Assembly: GCF_018977255.1 (NCBI RefSeq)
Contig: NW_024704758.1
Span: 8,000,001-8,064,000, forward strand
Direction of reading: 5' to 3'
Length of the DNA stretch: 64,000 bases
DNA from: Callorhinchus milii
Taxonomy: Eukaryota
The stretch's first letter is position 1. Each line of letters starts with the position of its first letter. The notes beneath the pieces were generated by a model. The model did no database searches and was not told where the DNA came from. It was given only the letters and a program-made list of their open reading frames with translations. Both the position numbers and the translations under genes were made by a program. Positions 14,177 through 24,997 of this stretch are shown piece after piece.

Positions 14177-15502
14177 GAGGTGGTGGTGGGGGGGGGGGGG
14201 GAGACTAACAAGTTTCTGAACATTTTGAAAGCAATATTTACAAACCATGATGATACTGTTCCACTGCCATTGCTTGAAAAACATTCAATTATACAGAAAC
14301 ACACAACTGTTCTTTATTGGTACTGTTGTTTAGCATCGTTATAAAATATTGGGGGGGTGGGGGGTGAGGGAAATATGAATAACAGCTCCAGGGCATCCTC
14401 TGAAAACCCTGGGGGGGGGGGGGGGAATGACAACCCTCCCCACCCACCCCACCACCACACACACAACACACAGACACACACACAAGAGGGCTCCCCCCCC
14501 CCCCCCCTTCCTGGCATTTTATTTGTGGAAATTCCTATTCTAACAACACAACACACAAATCAAATCAAACCCCACCCCACCCACACCCCTCCCCCCCCCC
14601 CCACCACCACCCACACCCACACTCACACCCCAACAAAAAAAAAACAGCCACAAACACAAATCAAGACGTTGGCAAAGTCCAGAAACAGTTTACATTAAAG
14701 TCCCTCCTGACAGTAACCCCCTCCCCCCCCCACCCCACCACCTCAAAAAAAACATACAAACTCCTCTTTGTGTGTGTGTGTGTGTATCTCTGTGTGTGGA
14801 TGGAAGTATTTATTTATGGTTTATTTATCTCTGTATATAGTATATATTATGTATTATGTGTTGTGTTGTGAGCAGCTCTCAATGTCTCTCTCTCTCTCTC
14901 TCTCTCTCACTCAGGGCCTAAAGGACTTTCGGTGCCAACCAACCGGCCCTGTCCAGGGGCCCGACCCCCCTTTGCCCCCCAATCCCACCCCCCCTTTACC
15001 CCCCATCCTCCTCTCCCCCCCCTCACCCCCTCCCTCACCGACCCCGAGTCTGGACATATCTCTCTTAACGACGCCTCTGGTGTTTCTCTCTCTCTCTCTC
15101 TCTCTTTGTGGTGGTGGTGATGGTGGTGGTGGTGGTGGTGGTGGTGGGGGGGGAGAGGGAGAGTGGGGGGTGGGGGGGGAAATAAAATATAATATGACAC
15201 TCACCCGTCTTTTCGTGGTCGTAACCGACCACCACGAAGTAATCGGCCAATCGCGCCATGTCTCGGGGATGTCGGGGGGGACCGGGACAGAGCAGCTCAA
15301 CATGTTCCTGCCCTGAGAACCTCAGCCATGTTTAACCCCCTTCCCCCCCCCCCCCCCACACCCCACCAGAGCCACAGCGCGTGCGCGGAGAGGCCTGACC
15401 CTGTGAGGGGGGGGACAGTGGGGGGGGGGGGGGGACACAGGGACTCATTCCTCCTCCACATCATTCCTCAGCCACGAACCAACCGCTCCAGGAACCATCC
15501 AT

Positions 15503-15534
<32 letters not shown>

Positions 15535-15846
15535 CCTTGCATTACATTTATCATTTACACCACCAGCCTCTCCCCCCCACCCCCCCCCCGCCCCCCCACC
15601 CCCCCCCCCCCCCCCCAGGCTGTCTGAGCTCCAAGAGAGAGAAAGAGAGAGAGAAAGAGAAAGAGAAAGAAAAGAAAACTTAAGATAAAACAGAGAGAGA
15701 CAGAGAGAGAGAGAGGAGAGAGCGAGAGGAGAAGGAGGTGCAATGGGGACATCTGCAATCCCTGTCTGCGTGTGTCGGGATACACACAACACACACACAC
15801 ACACCACACACACACACCACACACACAACACACACACCACACACAC
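14177..15846. repeat. Cluster of microsatellites and homopolymers: poly-G/C, (CA)n, (GA)n, (GGT)n, (AAT)n
   Basis: Low-complexity runs are directly visible on both sides of SBF2 exon 1. Confidence 0.95.
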
Positions 15847-16330
15847 CGATCCACGGTTTCGCGGCATCGCCAAGTCACCGGTTTCCCCGGCGGTTGCAAA
15901 GCTCCCGAGGAGCCCGAGAACCGTTAAAAAAAGAGAGTGAGAGCCGAAAGTCCAGACGGCTGCCAAGGATGCGGCTCGGGCAGGAGGCGGCTCGGAATCG
16001 GTGAAATGTCGCAGCCAGGTTGCCTGAGAGACGAACCACTCGTGCGGGCGCACGCGCACAGACGCGCGCGCACGAGCGACGGAGCTGGGCCTCCGATGTA
16101 ACGGCGCGAAGGCAAAAAAAAAAAAAATTTGAGCGTCGGAGTTGAATCCTGGATTTAATATTCTGAACCCATAGATAAACTAAGCGCCTCGAATCAGAGC
16201 AGCAAAAAAAAAAACAGTTTGTACAAAGACGCTCCCGAAAGAGGAACTCAAGTGAACTGCGCAGTGCAGCAAATTTAGCAAAATGATACAGCAGTGAACA
16301 ACTGCGCTCAGGGGAAAGTGCTCCAACTGA
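15190..16330 (-). promoter_or_regulatory. CpG-rich promoter/5' UTR region of SBF2
   Basis: Dense CpGs (e.g. cgtgcgggcgcacgcgcacagacgcgcgcgcacgagcg at 16041-16078) in an otherwise CpG-poor window, immediately upstream of the SBF2 ATG. Confidence 0.75.
15205..15259 (-). CDS. SBF2: SBF2 (MTMR13, SET-binding factor 2) first coding exon; the gene continues beyond the left edge, so 1-15204 is probably intron 1
   Basis: Translates MARLADYFVVVGYDHEKT(G), matching the recalled SBF2 N-terminus MARLADYFIVVGYDHEK. The 55-nt coding exon ends in a G|GTGAGT donor. It is head-to-head with an adrenomedullin gene, as human SBF2-ADM is. Confidence 0.92.
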
Positions 16331-16585
16331 GCACCATTGTTGACGTACAGTAGCCCTCGTGGTAGGGTGGCCCGAGCTAGACACGACAACAACCAAATCA
16401 CATTTGTATAACGCCTTTCACGACGGGAGGACCTCCCAAGGCGCTGGACGATCAGTAATTTCAGACTCAAGCTGGGGAGGGCGGAGGACAGGGGGGAAGG
16501 AGGGTGATCGAAGGCACGATCGAAGCAGTGGGAAATCTTGCTGGACAGCAATATCAATGGCAACCTATGCGATTTTAACTGGTTA

Positions 16586-16885
16586 AGACTCCAGCAGTTA
16601 CCTCAACACATACTCTGGGGTGCCCAAGTCTTGGCTCTTGCCAACCTGCGTCTAATTCTTTCCGGAATTAGGTAAGCACGCTCCATCATTCCAGGGAGAG
16701 AGTTCCATTCCAACAACTTATCTCTGGGATTTCCATGTATAGGTGGGATGCATAGACATCTCAATTTGCTTTGGATATTCCTAAACACGGTGATAGGTTT
16801 CCGCACAAAAAAAAAATCGACTTAAGTTCAAAGTCCTGTTACGGGGGTGGAACCCACAACCTTTTGACTCGGGTGAGAAATCGGC
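16586..16885 (-). repeat. Unclassified interspersed repeat, probably a SINE; copies at 31757-31965, 59560-59715, 19540-19650 and 61640-61800 (opposite strand)
   Basis: Shared block ctcttgccaacctgc...taggtaagca...tttccatgtataggtgggatgca...tttggata.tc.taa.cacggtgataggtttcc. Confidence 0.75.
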
Positions 16886-17059
16886 AGCTCGGAAGTAAAA
16901 GGACCCAGTGCAAGAAAACAGTGTAAGTGCTACACTCGCAGAAAGAAGATTGAGAGAAAAGCAGCAGTAGCTAATTCTCTGACTCGCAACAATCAGCGGC
17001 AATGTTGCCATTTTTCAAATTTATTTTATAGACGATGTTTCTGCAGATTTCTGTAAATA

Positions 17060-17574
17060 CAGTAAAACTCTAAAACAAGTTGTATCAGTTAGGACCATAC
17101 ATTTAACATGACTTATGCGAAGTCCAAGTTGCAGGCAAACTGTAATAAGTCATAGAAAATGCGACTCAGGGGTCCCCCCTCCATGCGTAGTTACCCCCAC
17201 TCCCTTACACGTGCATAATTTAATGCAGTCGGTAAGTACACATGCGGTGATGGGTTAAGACTTTATTTCCCGCATTTCAATGCGTTTTCACCAGTCGCCG
17301 CATACACATTTACCGCAAAGCGTTGGAATCGCTTTGACTCGCTGGAAATGAAGTTCTTGGGCCATGCATTGACAAATCAAGACGACATTGACCGCGATTC
17401 AAGGCTCCCAGTAGGTGCAGGAGTGATGGAAGGTAGAGGAGTTAAGAATTAGGAGGTGATTTAATATGAAAAGTAATTAAGTGGTTTTGATTGGAAACTG
17501 AATGGGACTTGGGTGAAGCTATGACTTAGGCGATTATACGATTTATAAAGATAAGACTTAAGCGAGTTTCACTG
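17060..17574. mobile_element. Tc1/mariner (Tigger/pogo-like) MITE
   Basis: TA|CAGTAAAACTC ... GAGTTTCACTG|TA termini: imperfect TIRs with TA duplication and no ORF. Confidence 0.6.
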
Positions 17575-17806
17575 TAGGTTTTTTTCCTGTATCTACACAA
17601 GTACAAGATCTGACATTTACGAAAAATAATGGAATATGCAGGCATGATATAAGACAATAAAATATTGTAGCAATTACAAAAGAGAGTCTAAAGATGGTTT
17701 GTAGATTAAATAGTGTATTTATGTACACTTTTGATAATCTACCACTGTCTATGGACAGCCAAATTCAAACAAAGAGAGGGAGGTACTAGAAATGGAGGAA
17801 TACATT

Positions 17807-19185
17807 TTAATATTTGTTTGAATGACCATCTGCTATAGATCCAGTTCATTAGAACAACGTAGGGCATGATTCGTTCAGTCATGCACACCATATAGGTTGG
17901 TTAAAATGTATAAGTGGAGAAATATTAACAGGACATTACAAAAACAATAATATTTACATAGTAAAAAACAAAACGCAGAATACTGCAGATGCTGAAAATC
18001 TGAAACAAAAAGAGAAGTCGCCTTAGCACTCAGCAGGTCAGGCAGCACCTTTGGAGAAAGGAAAGTGAGTCAATGTTTCGGGTCCACAACCCATCGTCAA
18101 AATATTTACATAATGCCCTTCAGGTTGGAAAGACATCTCAAAACGCTGCACACAGCTGACTGGAAACATGAGCTGAGGGGGGGAGGTGAAAGTGTGGTTA
18201 AAAAGATGGATCTTTTCAGTAGGTACCGGACCAAATGCTGTTCGTCCATCAACAAAACTTCCTGTACACCACTCCAACAGCATATAAGTATGTACAATCT
18301 CAGATACATGTGTTAAAGGTATTGTACTGACAATATTTCCACATAAATTGTTTTAAGAACTAAAACAACTAATGGGGTGTGTGTAATTCTCCTAAAAGGA
18401 ATGAGTAAGGAAGTGAAAGCAAGAAATATTCTAGATTTTTTTGTGCATTACTAATCACGGGGATTTCCATTATTTCCTGTTTGACCCGGACTTACATGGC
18501 CTTAAATGGGAAAAGTAGACTTAGAGATTGAAATATCTTCTGCTTGATACAGACATCTAAGCAAAGGGGAAAAAAACAACATGGTGACTTGTTAAAAGAA
18601 ATCAATAATTAATAAATTTCCAATAGAAAATAAAAAAGAGATAAAATCTATTAACAAGCTCAGGAATTATTCTAAAGAAAACTATAAGGCCTGAAATTTC
18701 GCCAACTCTTAGCCTATAAAACCAAATTAAGAATTCTGTACCATCTTAAAATGGAAGATAAAATAGACATGCAGGCTGAGGCCTCTAAATACATCCACTA
18801 AAAGGCCCAATGTTACCCAATAATGTAAAAAAAAGACTGCCATTATATCAGTTACCGAGGTTGGAAAAGGTTATTTTGTTAACTGTTAACAAAGACAAAG
18901 TTAAGTGAAGCCATATGGAGAGTTTAAAGGAAGGTAAAGTAAGAGTGAAGACATTTAAGACAAACAGATTAAAATGTAAAAAATGTAAACTGTAATATAG
19001 TGAGGTATATCTATTCCAATGTGTGAAAGATAGATTATATATTTTTGGGTTAAAAATGTCCTGTTAATATTTCTCCACTTATACATTTTAACCAACTTAT
19101 GTGGTGTGCATGACTAAAAGAATCGTGCCCTACGTTGTTCTAATGAACTGTATCTATAGCAAATGGTCATTCAAACAAGTATTAA
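17807..19185. mobile_element. Element bounded by 131-bp inverted repeats (17807-17937 and 19055-19185)
   Basis: The arms are reverse complements with scattered substitutions; both outer ends are TTAA. Confidence 0.75.
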
Positions 19186-22100
19186 CTTTTCAGAGGTGAT
19201 GATCACGCAGTGTTCAGATGGGGTTTGAGCTAGGATCCAATGGCTCCAGAAAATTTACAACATAATCTTCGCATAGCTCACTATTATATCACCAAAATGT
19301 CTCAAAGCACTTCATAGGAACATAGGATTTACTCTAAAGTGTAATTTGAGACAAACATGGCAGCCAATTTGTGCATGTCAATGTCCCAGAAACAGCTATG
19401 CAGCCAATTTTATCTGGAAGGGTTTTTTCTCAGATGCAAATTGGATGAATGCCATGTCTTGACCTGTTTTAATTTATTTCCTGTTCCCTCTATTATAGTT
19501 TGACTAACTGAAAATATCAATATATTCTCCCACTATCTTCCCTGGGGTGTGGTGTGGAGGCAAGCAGGGTCTGAGCTAGCTCCAACTGTGTAAGTGGGAT
19601 GCATGGCATTCTCAGTTTGGTTTGAGTGCTCTTGGGTATGGCATGTGTCCTTGGGGCCTTGGGACGTCCTCCTGACGTGAAAGGCGCTTTATAAATGGAA
19701 TCTTGTTGTTGTTGTTGTTGATGTGTCCGATACCCAGCTGACCAAAACAAAATTGTCCCCAAATTCACTTCCAACCCTTAATTAACCAATCATAAGGTCT
19801 CTCACAGAAAATACAAAAAAACCAAGTAACAAATACGCACACCAACACGAAACAAAATTGACCCTCCAGAATCATGCAGAACTTTCATCTCTCAGATGGA
19901 AATTATGTAAAATGAAACGATTTAGTTAAACATAATCAATTTCAGTTTAAAACTAATTACTTGGCACACAATTCCACATAAGAATGTTTCATATTTATTC
20001 AGTACTACATTTTTATATCTCCCTAGACAGAATCTTAATTGTTCCTTTTAGAGATCCTGGATACACTGTAGATGATTCCCCAAAGCCCATGACTCTCTTG
20101 AAAATATGATTCATAAAAATTACTAAATGATCACAACAATAAAAATTTATCATGGAGCATACATGTGCCAAGATATTTCGTGCTTGGATCAGGATTATAG
20201 TTGGAAGATAATTTCCACAATCTGTAGATAAAAATAACTAATTTGTAATGTTTGACCCTCAGCTCATTTAGCAATGCAAGCTGCAACTGAATCCAGATTA
20301 AAATACTTAGAAAATGATTTATATTATACAAATAAAGTCATTTAGCATGTGAAAAATGAAGGGCAACTGCTGAACTGACAATATATAGTATTCCGAGAAA
20401 CGTTTGAAGGATATATTTATAGGCATTCCATAAAAAAAGTCAGCGGGAAATTAATTTTGTATTTTGAAATTCTATATACTAAACTGCTTGAGAAGTAATT
20501 TTTGGCATACTGATGTTTATATTTTGATCAGAATTACGTTCATGCAAATGTCATGAAAGTGGCAGTTAATATGGGAATCAGCCAAATTGGCTATCAGTGT
20601 GGAAAAAACAAATTACATGTGTTTCCATTACCAATGGTAGTAAAGAATTCCTTTAATAATAACGATAATAATCCTTGCATTTGATATAGCACTTTCCACG
20701 TCTTCTAGACATCTCAAAGCGCTTCACAGAATACACTGTAAACTGTATGTTTTGTGGGTAAAGGAGGCAGCCAATTGTGCACTGCAGTATCCCACAAACA
20801 GTGTGGATTAAGTGACAATCGTGAATTAGTTATCTTTCGACTTGGTATGGACCAAAAATATATTTAACATTGAGTCTGATTCCTATCAACAAAATTTGCA
20901 TTTTAACATACTGATTGACAGAATTACATTTCTTGCTCTACACTTCTCCCAGTTGGGCATTCAGTCCCAATCTAACATGTTCAAATTGTGAGTTGCTGAA
21001 TAAAGACATCTGAACAAGTATAATATCTCCTGGACATATTCCATCATTCTATACAAACTAGCTAGTTGCCAATAGAATAATTTGTAGTAAATGCTGGTGG
21101 ATAGTCTAGCATTGTTATAAAACACTATTCATAAATGATTCAGAGGGGAGAACTTCTTGTAATATTACAACAATTGCTGATTATACTAAGATATATGGGC
21201 AGCAGGATAATAAGGATGCATATTCTTTTTATCATATGTTTCACCTTTCCAAGTTCTATTTTGCTAAAACTTTCCTGAAAACTGCCACAAGACCCTACAC
21301 AAAATATTACATTCTTGGTGTAAAAAAANGCTTTCGTAACACTGGGGGAAAAATAGACCAAGACTACACAAACCACTGACCATCTTCATTCATGTTAACT
21401 TCAATAAAAATATGTTGCAGTTTGCCATCAATTACACTTTGTAACCTAGGTAAGGGAATCTGGTGATGTATTTTTGAAAGAACTAAAAGGATCATCACTA
21501 TCACTGGTGGAAAGTATAATTCACTCTTGGAAACACAAAAAACACTTGATTGACTATATGAAATACTTTGGGGCTGCACTCAACTTGTCAATAATTGAGA
21601 TATCTGGAGCCCCAGATATTGCAACAACTGGGTATTTAGTCCTGGCGTACTATGTGTAAAGAAAATGAAAAAGAGATGGTGCTATAGAGATTGTTGGTCG
21701 AGCGATGATGGGGACATGGAAAAATGGAAAATAGTGACAGTTCGGGTAATGATGAGGGAGGCAACATCAAAGAAGTGAACGTGTTCAAACTGACATTGGG
21801 CAACTGTAAAACTTTTTGAAGGCTAATTATTTATCCAAGGAGGGTCCCAGAAAACCTTGCATTATTACAATCAAAATTCTTGGAATATTTGTTGCTAATA
21901 ATGTAAGACTAATACAATGCAAAGTATGCTGGCATGGTTTCCAGTCAAAACCCTTCAGAGGAGTTGGGGAGATGTTACCAAGTTACCAATTCAAGATTGT
22001 AGGCGGTGTTCGTGTCAGCAACTTCAGTTGCATTCCACACATGTACTGATGATGAATAAACAGAAAGGATTGAGTCATGAATAACTGCTGGAGATATCAC

Positions 22101-22651
22101 TGGCTTTGTCTAAGCATTACCATCATGTGGAGTCTCTAAGGAAATGGGACAAACGAAAACATTTTACTGCATGGACATTTCGTGAATATCTGGCCAACGA
22201 CCCAACCCCTTTAAAATAGCTGAATAAACTGGGAATCCGTTGTCATTTTCTGTGAAAAAGATATTTTTCACAAGAATAGTTGCCCATCTCATGAATCATA
22301 TCTTGAAATTTCAAAACAGTCAGTCCCTGATGATATTGCTTCCACTTATTTTGACATAACTAAAACAGGTGTCGTTTTATTTAATTGCAGCCAAGAGAAC
22401 ATAAACGTGGTATGTGTGCATCAAGTAGGCAAGAGGACAATAAAGGTGCAAGTCATTTAAGAAATTGGATGTTTCCAAAAATGCAATCCAGTAAATTATT
22501 CGCATTATAGTCAACATGTAAAGATCAAGCGTCACGCTTTACCTTATTTAAAACCTACTAAAAGTTCATGAGGTTTAACGTAAAAGTGTATATGTCACGA
22601 GTGTGAAGTTATTATAGTTTTAGCCATACCGTGGAAGAGCGACTGAAGTTA

Positions 22652-22939
22652 ATTGGCAGCCGCTAACATGTTTATCGTACTAAACAAATGACTGTGCAAT
22701 GGTTCGCAGGATGTGCTCTTAAGAAATTGCGGCGTCTTCTCTGCCACTCACTCGAATCCCCGCCCATGTGCAGTTTATAAGACAGACTCCGACTCTAGAC
22801 TCAGTCAATGCGAATTGAATAGAGAAATCACAAGTTCTCTCTCGGTCTCTCTGCGTCAGACTCCACGAGGATACACTACAGAGAGTAACAGAGCTGACTA
22901 TTTGGGGAAATTTAATTCAGTGGATATCAGACGTTACAG
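22652..22939 (+). promoter_or_regulatory. ADM: ADM core promoter and putative non-coding exon 1
   Basis: ATTGG (reverse CCAAT) at 22652, GC box CCCCGCCC at 22758-22765, TATA-like TTTATAA at 22774-22780, and donor CAG|GTACGT after 22939. Mammalian ADM also has a non-coding exon 1. Confidence 0.65.
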
Positions 22940-23501
22940 GTACGTGTGAGCGAAGTGAATAAGGTGCACCTTCTTGTTATCCAGGCACGTCTGCAATACA
23001 TCTTATCTTTCACTGTATTTGCTGGCAATTGCAGGTATTACAAGCTGTTAAGGAAATCGTACTTTAGGGCATCGTATTGTTGTGGTCAGAATAATTGTTG
23101 CATTTAAAAGGCAGTTTAGCAGGTTGCAAACCATGACGTGCGTTTCATATTCGCCCAAGAAATATTTTTTAAGCACAGTATTTTGAAGGATTGGTTTAGT
23201 CAGATCCTTGCGTGGGGAATCATCTTTGCGAGCCCCGAAAAGAAACTTACCATTAGGTGAAAAAAAATCCTAAAGTTAAATGAATGTATTCTCGCAAAGT
23301 GACTATAGAACTCTTACAAAGTCCAGTAGTGTGTACAGGGAAAGCAAATTCAGGCTATATGCTAACGTGCTGATGACAGATCGCCAAACAGTGCCTGTGA
23401 GATGCATTATTCACCGTCTCAAAACAAACACAACATGGTTTTTTTTTAAAAAAAAGGTCTTAACGTGTATTTTTGTCCTTTCTGGCAGGTTTCATCTTAC
23501 C

Positions 23502-23602
23502 ATGAGGCTGCTTCACGTTTCTCTCCTCTGTTGCTGCTTCGTCCACGCAGCTTTCGTGAACGTGGAAGCCAAGTTGGATGTGGCCACGGAATTTAGGAAA
23601 AG
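23502..23602 (+). CDS. ADM: Adrenomedullin precursor, coding exon 1 (signal peptide and start of PAMP)
   Basis: Acceptor tctggcag| before 23489 and start accATGa. Translates MRLLHVSLLCCCFVHAAFVNVEAKLDVATEFRK(R), compared with human ARLDVASEFRKK. Ends at AG|GCAAGT. Confidence 0.92.
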
Positions 23603-23790
23603 GCAAGTACCAATCCGATGCCATTACAATCAGAATCCAGTGGTTAATGAATCCCCCAATTCCCTTCCCCCCAATTTTTTAAAATAAATCCTAAACAATT
23701 ACACTTTGGACCAGCTTGCAACCCTCTTGCTTTCAGAGTAGCCTCACCAATCAGATTTTTAATTTTTTTTTTTGCATTTTCTGTTTGCAG

Positions 23791-23925
23791 GTTGAACGCT
23801 TGGGCTTTAAGCAGAACCAAGCGAGATTTGAAAACTGCTTCGAAATCAAAGACTCAGGTTGTGTCGGGCGGTCGCCTGTTTGTCAGGACAGAGGATGTGA
23901 AGGGAAACCTCAACGTCCACTCCAG
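23791..23925 (+). CDS. ADM: Adrenomedullin precursor, coding exon 2 (end of PAMP and mid-region)
   Basis: Acceptor tttgcag|. Translates (R)LNAWALSRTKRDLKTASKSKTQVVSGGRLFVRTEDVKGNLNVHS, compared with human WNKWALSRGKR...LIRPQDMKG. Donor AG|GTAATT. Phases are consistent. Confidence 0.92.
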
Positions 23926-24050
23926 GTAATTGAGCAGAGACCTTGCGAGCGAGCGAGTTTAGCTGCCAAAACCAGCGCAGTTATTACCTGGAGGGGTTAC
24001 AAGCAACAAAGCAACGCCTCTCAGGTTCTCAGCTCAGGCAAACTCGATCA

Positions 24051-24154
24051 TGCTGGGGGTTTGCTGGGGGTTTGCTGTGAGTTTGCTGTGAGTTTGCTGG
24101 GGGTTTGCTGGGGGTTTGCTGGGGGTTTGCTGGGAGTTTGCTGGGGGTTTGCTG
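24051..24154. repeat. 11-bp minisatellite (TGCTGGGGGTT)x9.5 in the last ADM intron
   Basis: Directly visible tandem array with TGCTGTGAGTT and TGCTGGGAGTT variants. Confidence 0.95.
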
Positions 24155-24997
24155 CAACTGTTTGTGGGATCACATTGGAGAGTGAGTTGGACGCTGACAA
24201 GTCTGGGTCATGATTTGGGTTGGTGGTGGTGGTGGTGGAGGTGGAGGGGGCTGGGTGGGGGGGTGGTGGGGGGGGGGGGGGTGCAGCATCAATAGATTAA
24301 AGATGAGGGAGGAGAGAGGTGGGTGGGGGTACAATAACCAACACGATAAATGTATCCTCTTACAATCGGGGACAGCCCGAGTGAGTTAGTTTGGTGTCTG
24401 GGCGCTGTCTGTCTGGCAATTGCTCAGATACACCACCTCAAGCGGTGAGGAAGGTAAAGCAGGGGGTTTGGTGGTGGTGGTGGTGGGGGGTGGTGAGGGG
24501 GGGGATAGCTGGGCAGGACAGGACTGAACTGTCGGCAATACACCAACTCCTGGATAAGGTTAAAGTTCAGGATTTGCATTAGAGCCAGTTAGACCCCCCC
24601 CCCACACACACACACACACTTGTTTTTCCAAGCATTAAAGACTTCTACAAGTATTTTCTCTCCCTCTCTGGATCTGGCTGTTAAAAGTAAAACTGTTTGG
24701 ACTGTTAAGACCAGTTCGGCTTAAATAGATCACCGTTTGCAAAAGGGGTGTGTGTGTGTGTGTTTGGTGGGGGTGGGGTGGGAGGGGGAACTTGCCCCCC
24801 AACTGAAGAATAAATCAATCTGTGCGAAAGCTTATCGATCTGAATCGATTGCAGTCGCAGCCTTGCGCCGATCACACGCGAAGTGGTGGGTTCCAAGTGG
24901 GGGGGCAATTAACGCGAGAGATACTTTGCAGAGCTGTTGCTTTGAATTGGTGTCAATGTGTGTTTTTCTCTCTCTCTCCCCCCCTCCCCTTCACTAG

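Noticed and set aside
14289..16059. Many overlapping 100-200 aa ORFs rich in Pro/Gly/His/Val-Cys
   Set aside because: These are translations of microsatellites and poly-G/C runs; only the 55-nt SBF2 exon is supported.
24051..24154. CRISPR-like array
   Set aside because: Simple tandem repeat with no spacers, in a eukaryotic intron, with no cas genes.
23716..24213. 165-aa ORF with GGLLGVCW repeats
   Set aside because: It reads the ADM exon in the wrong frame and runs into the 11-bp minisatellite.
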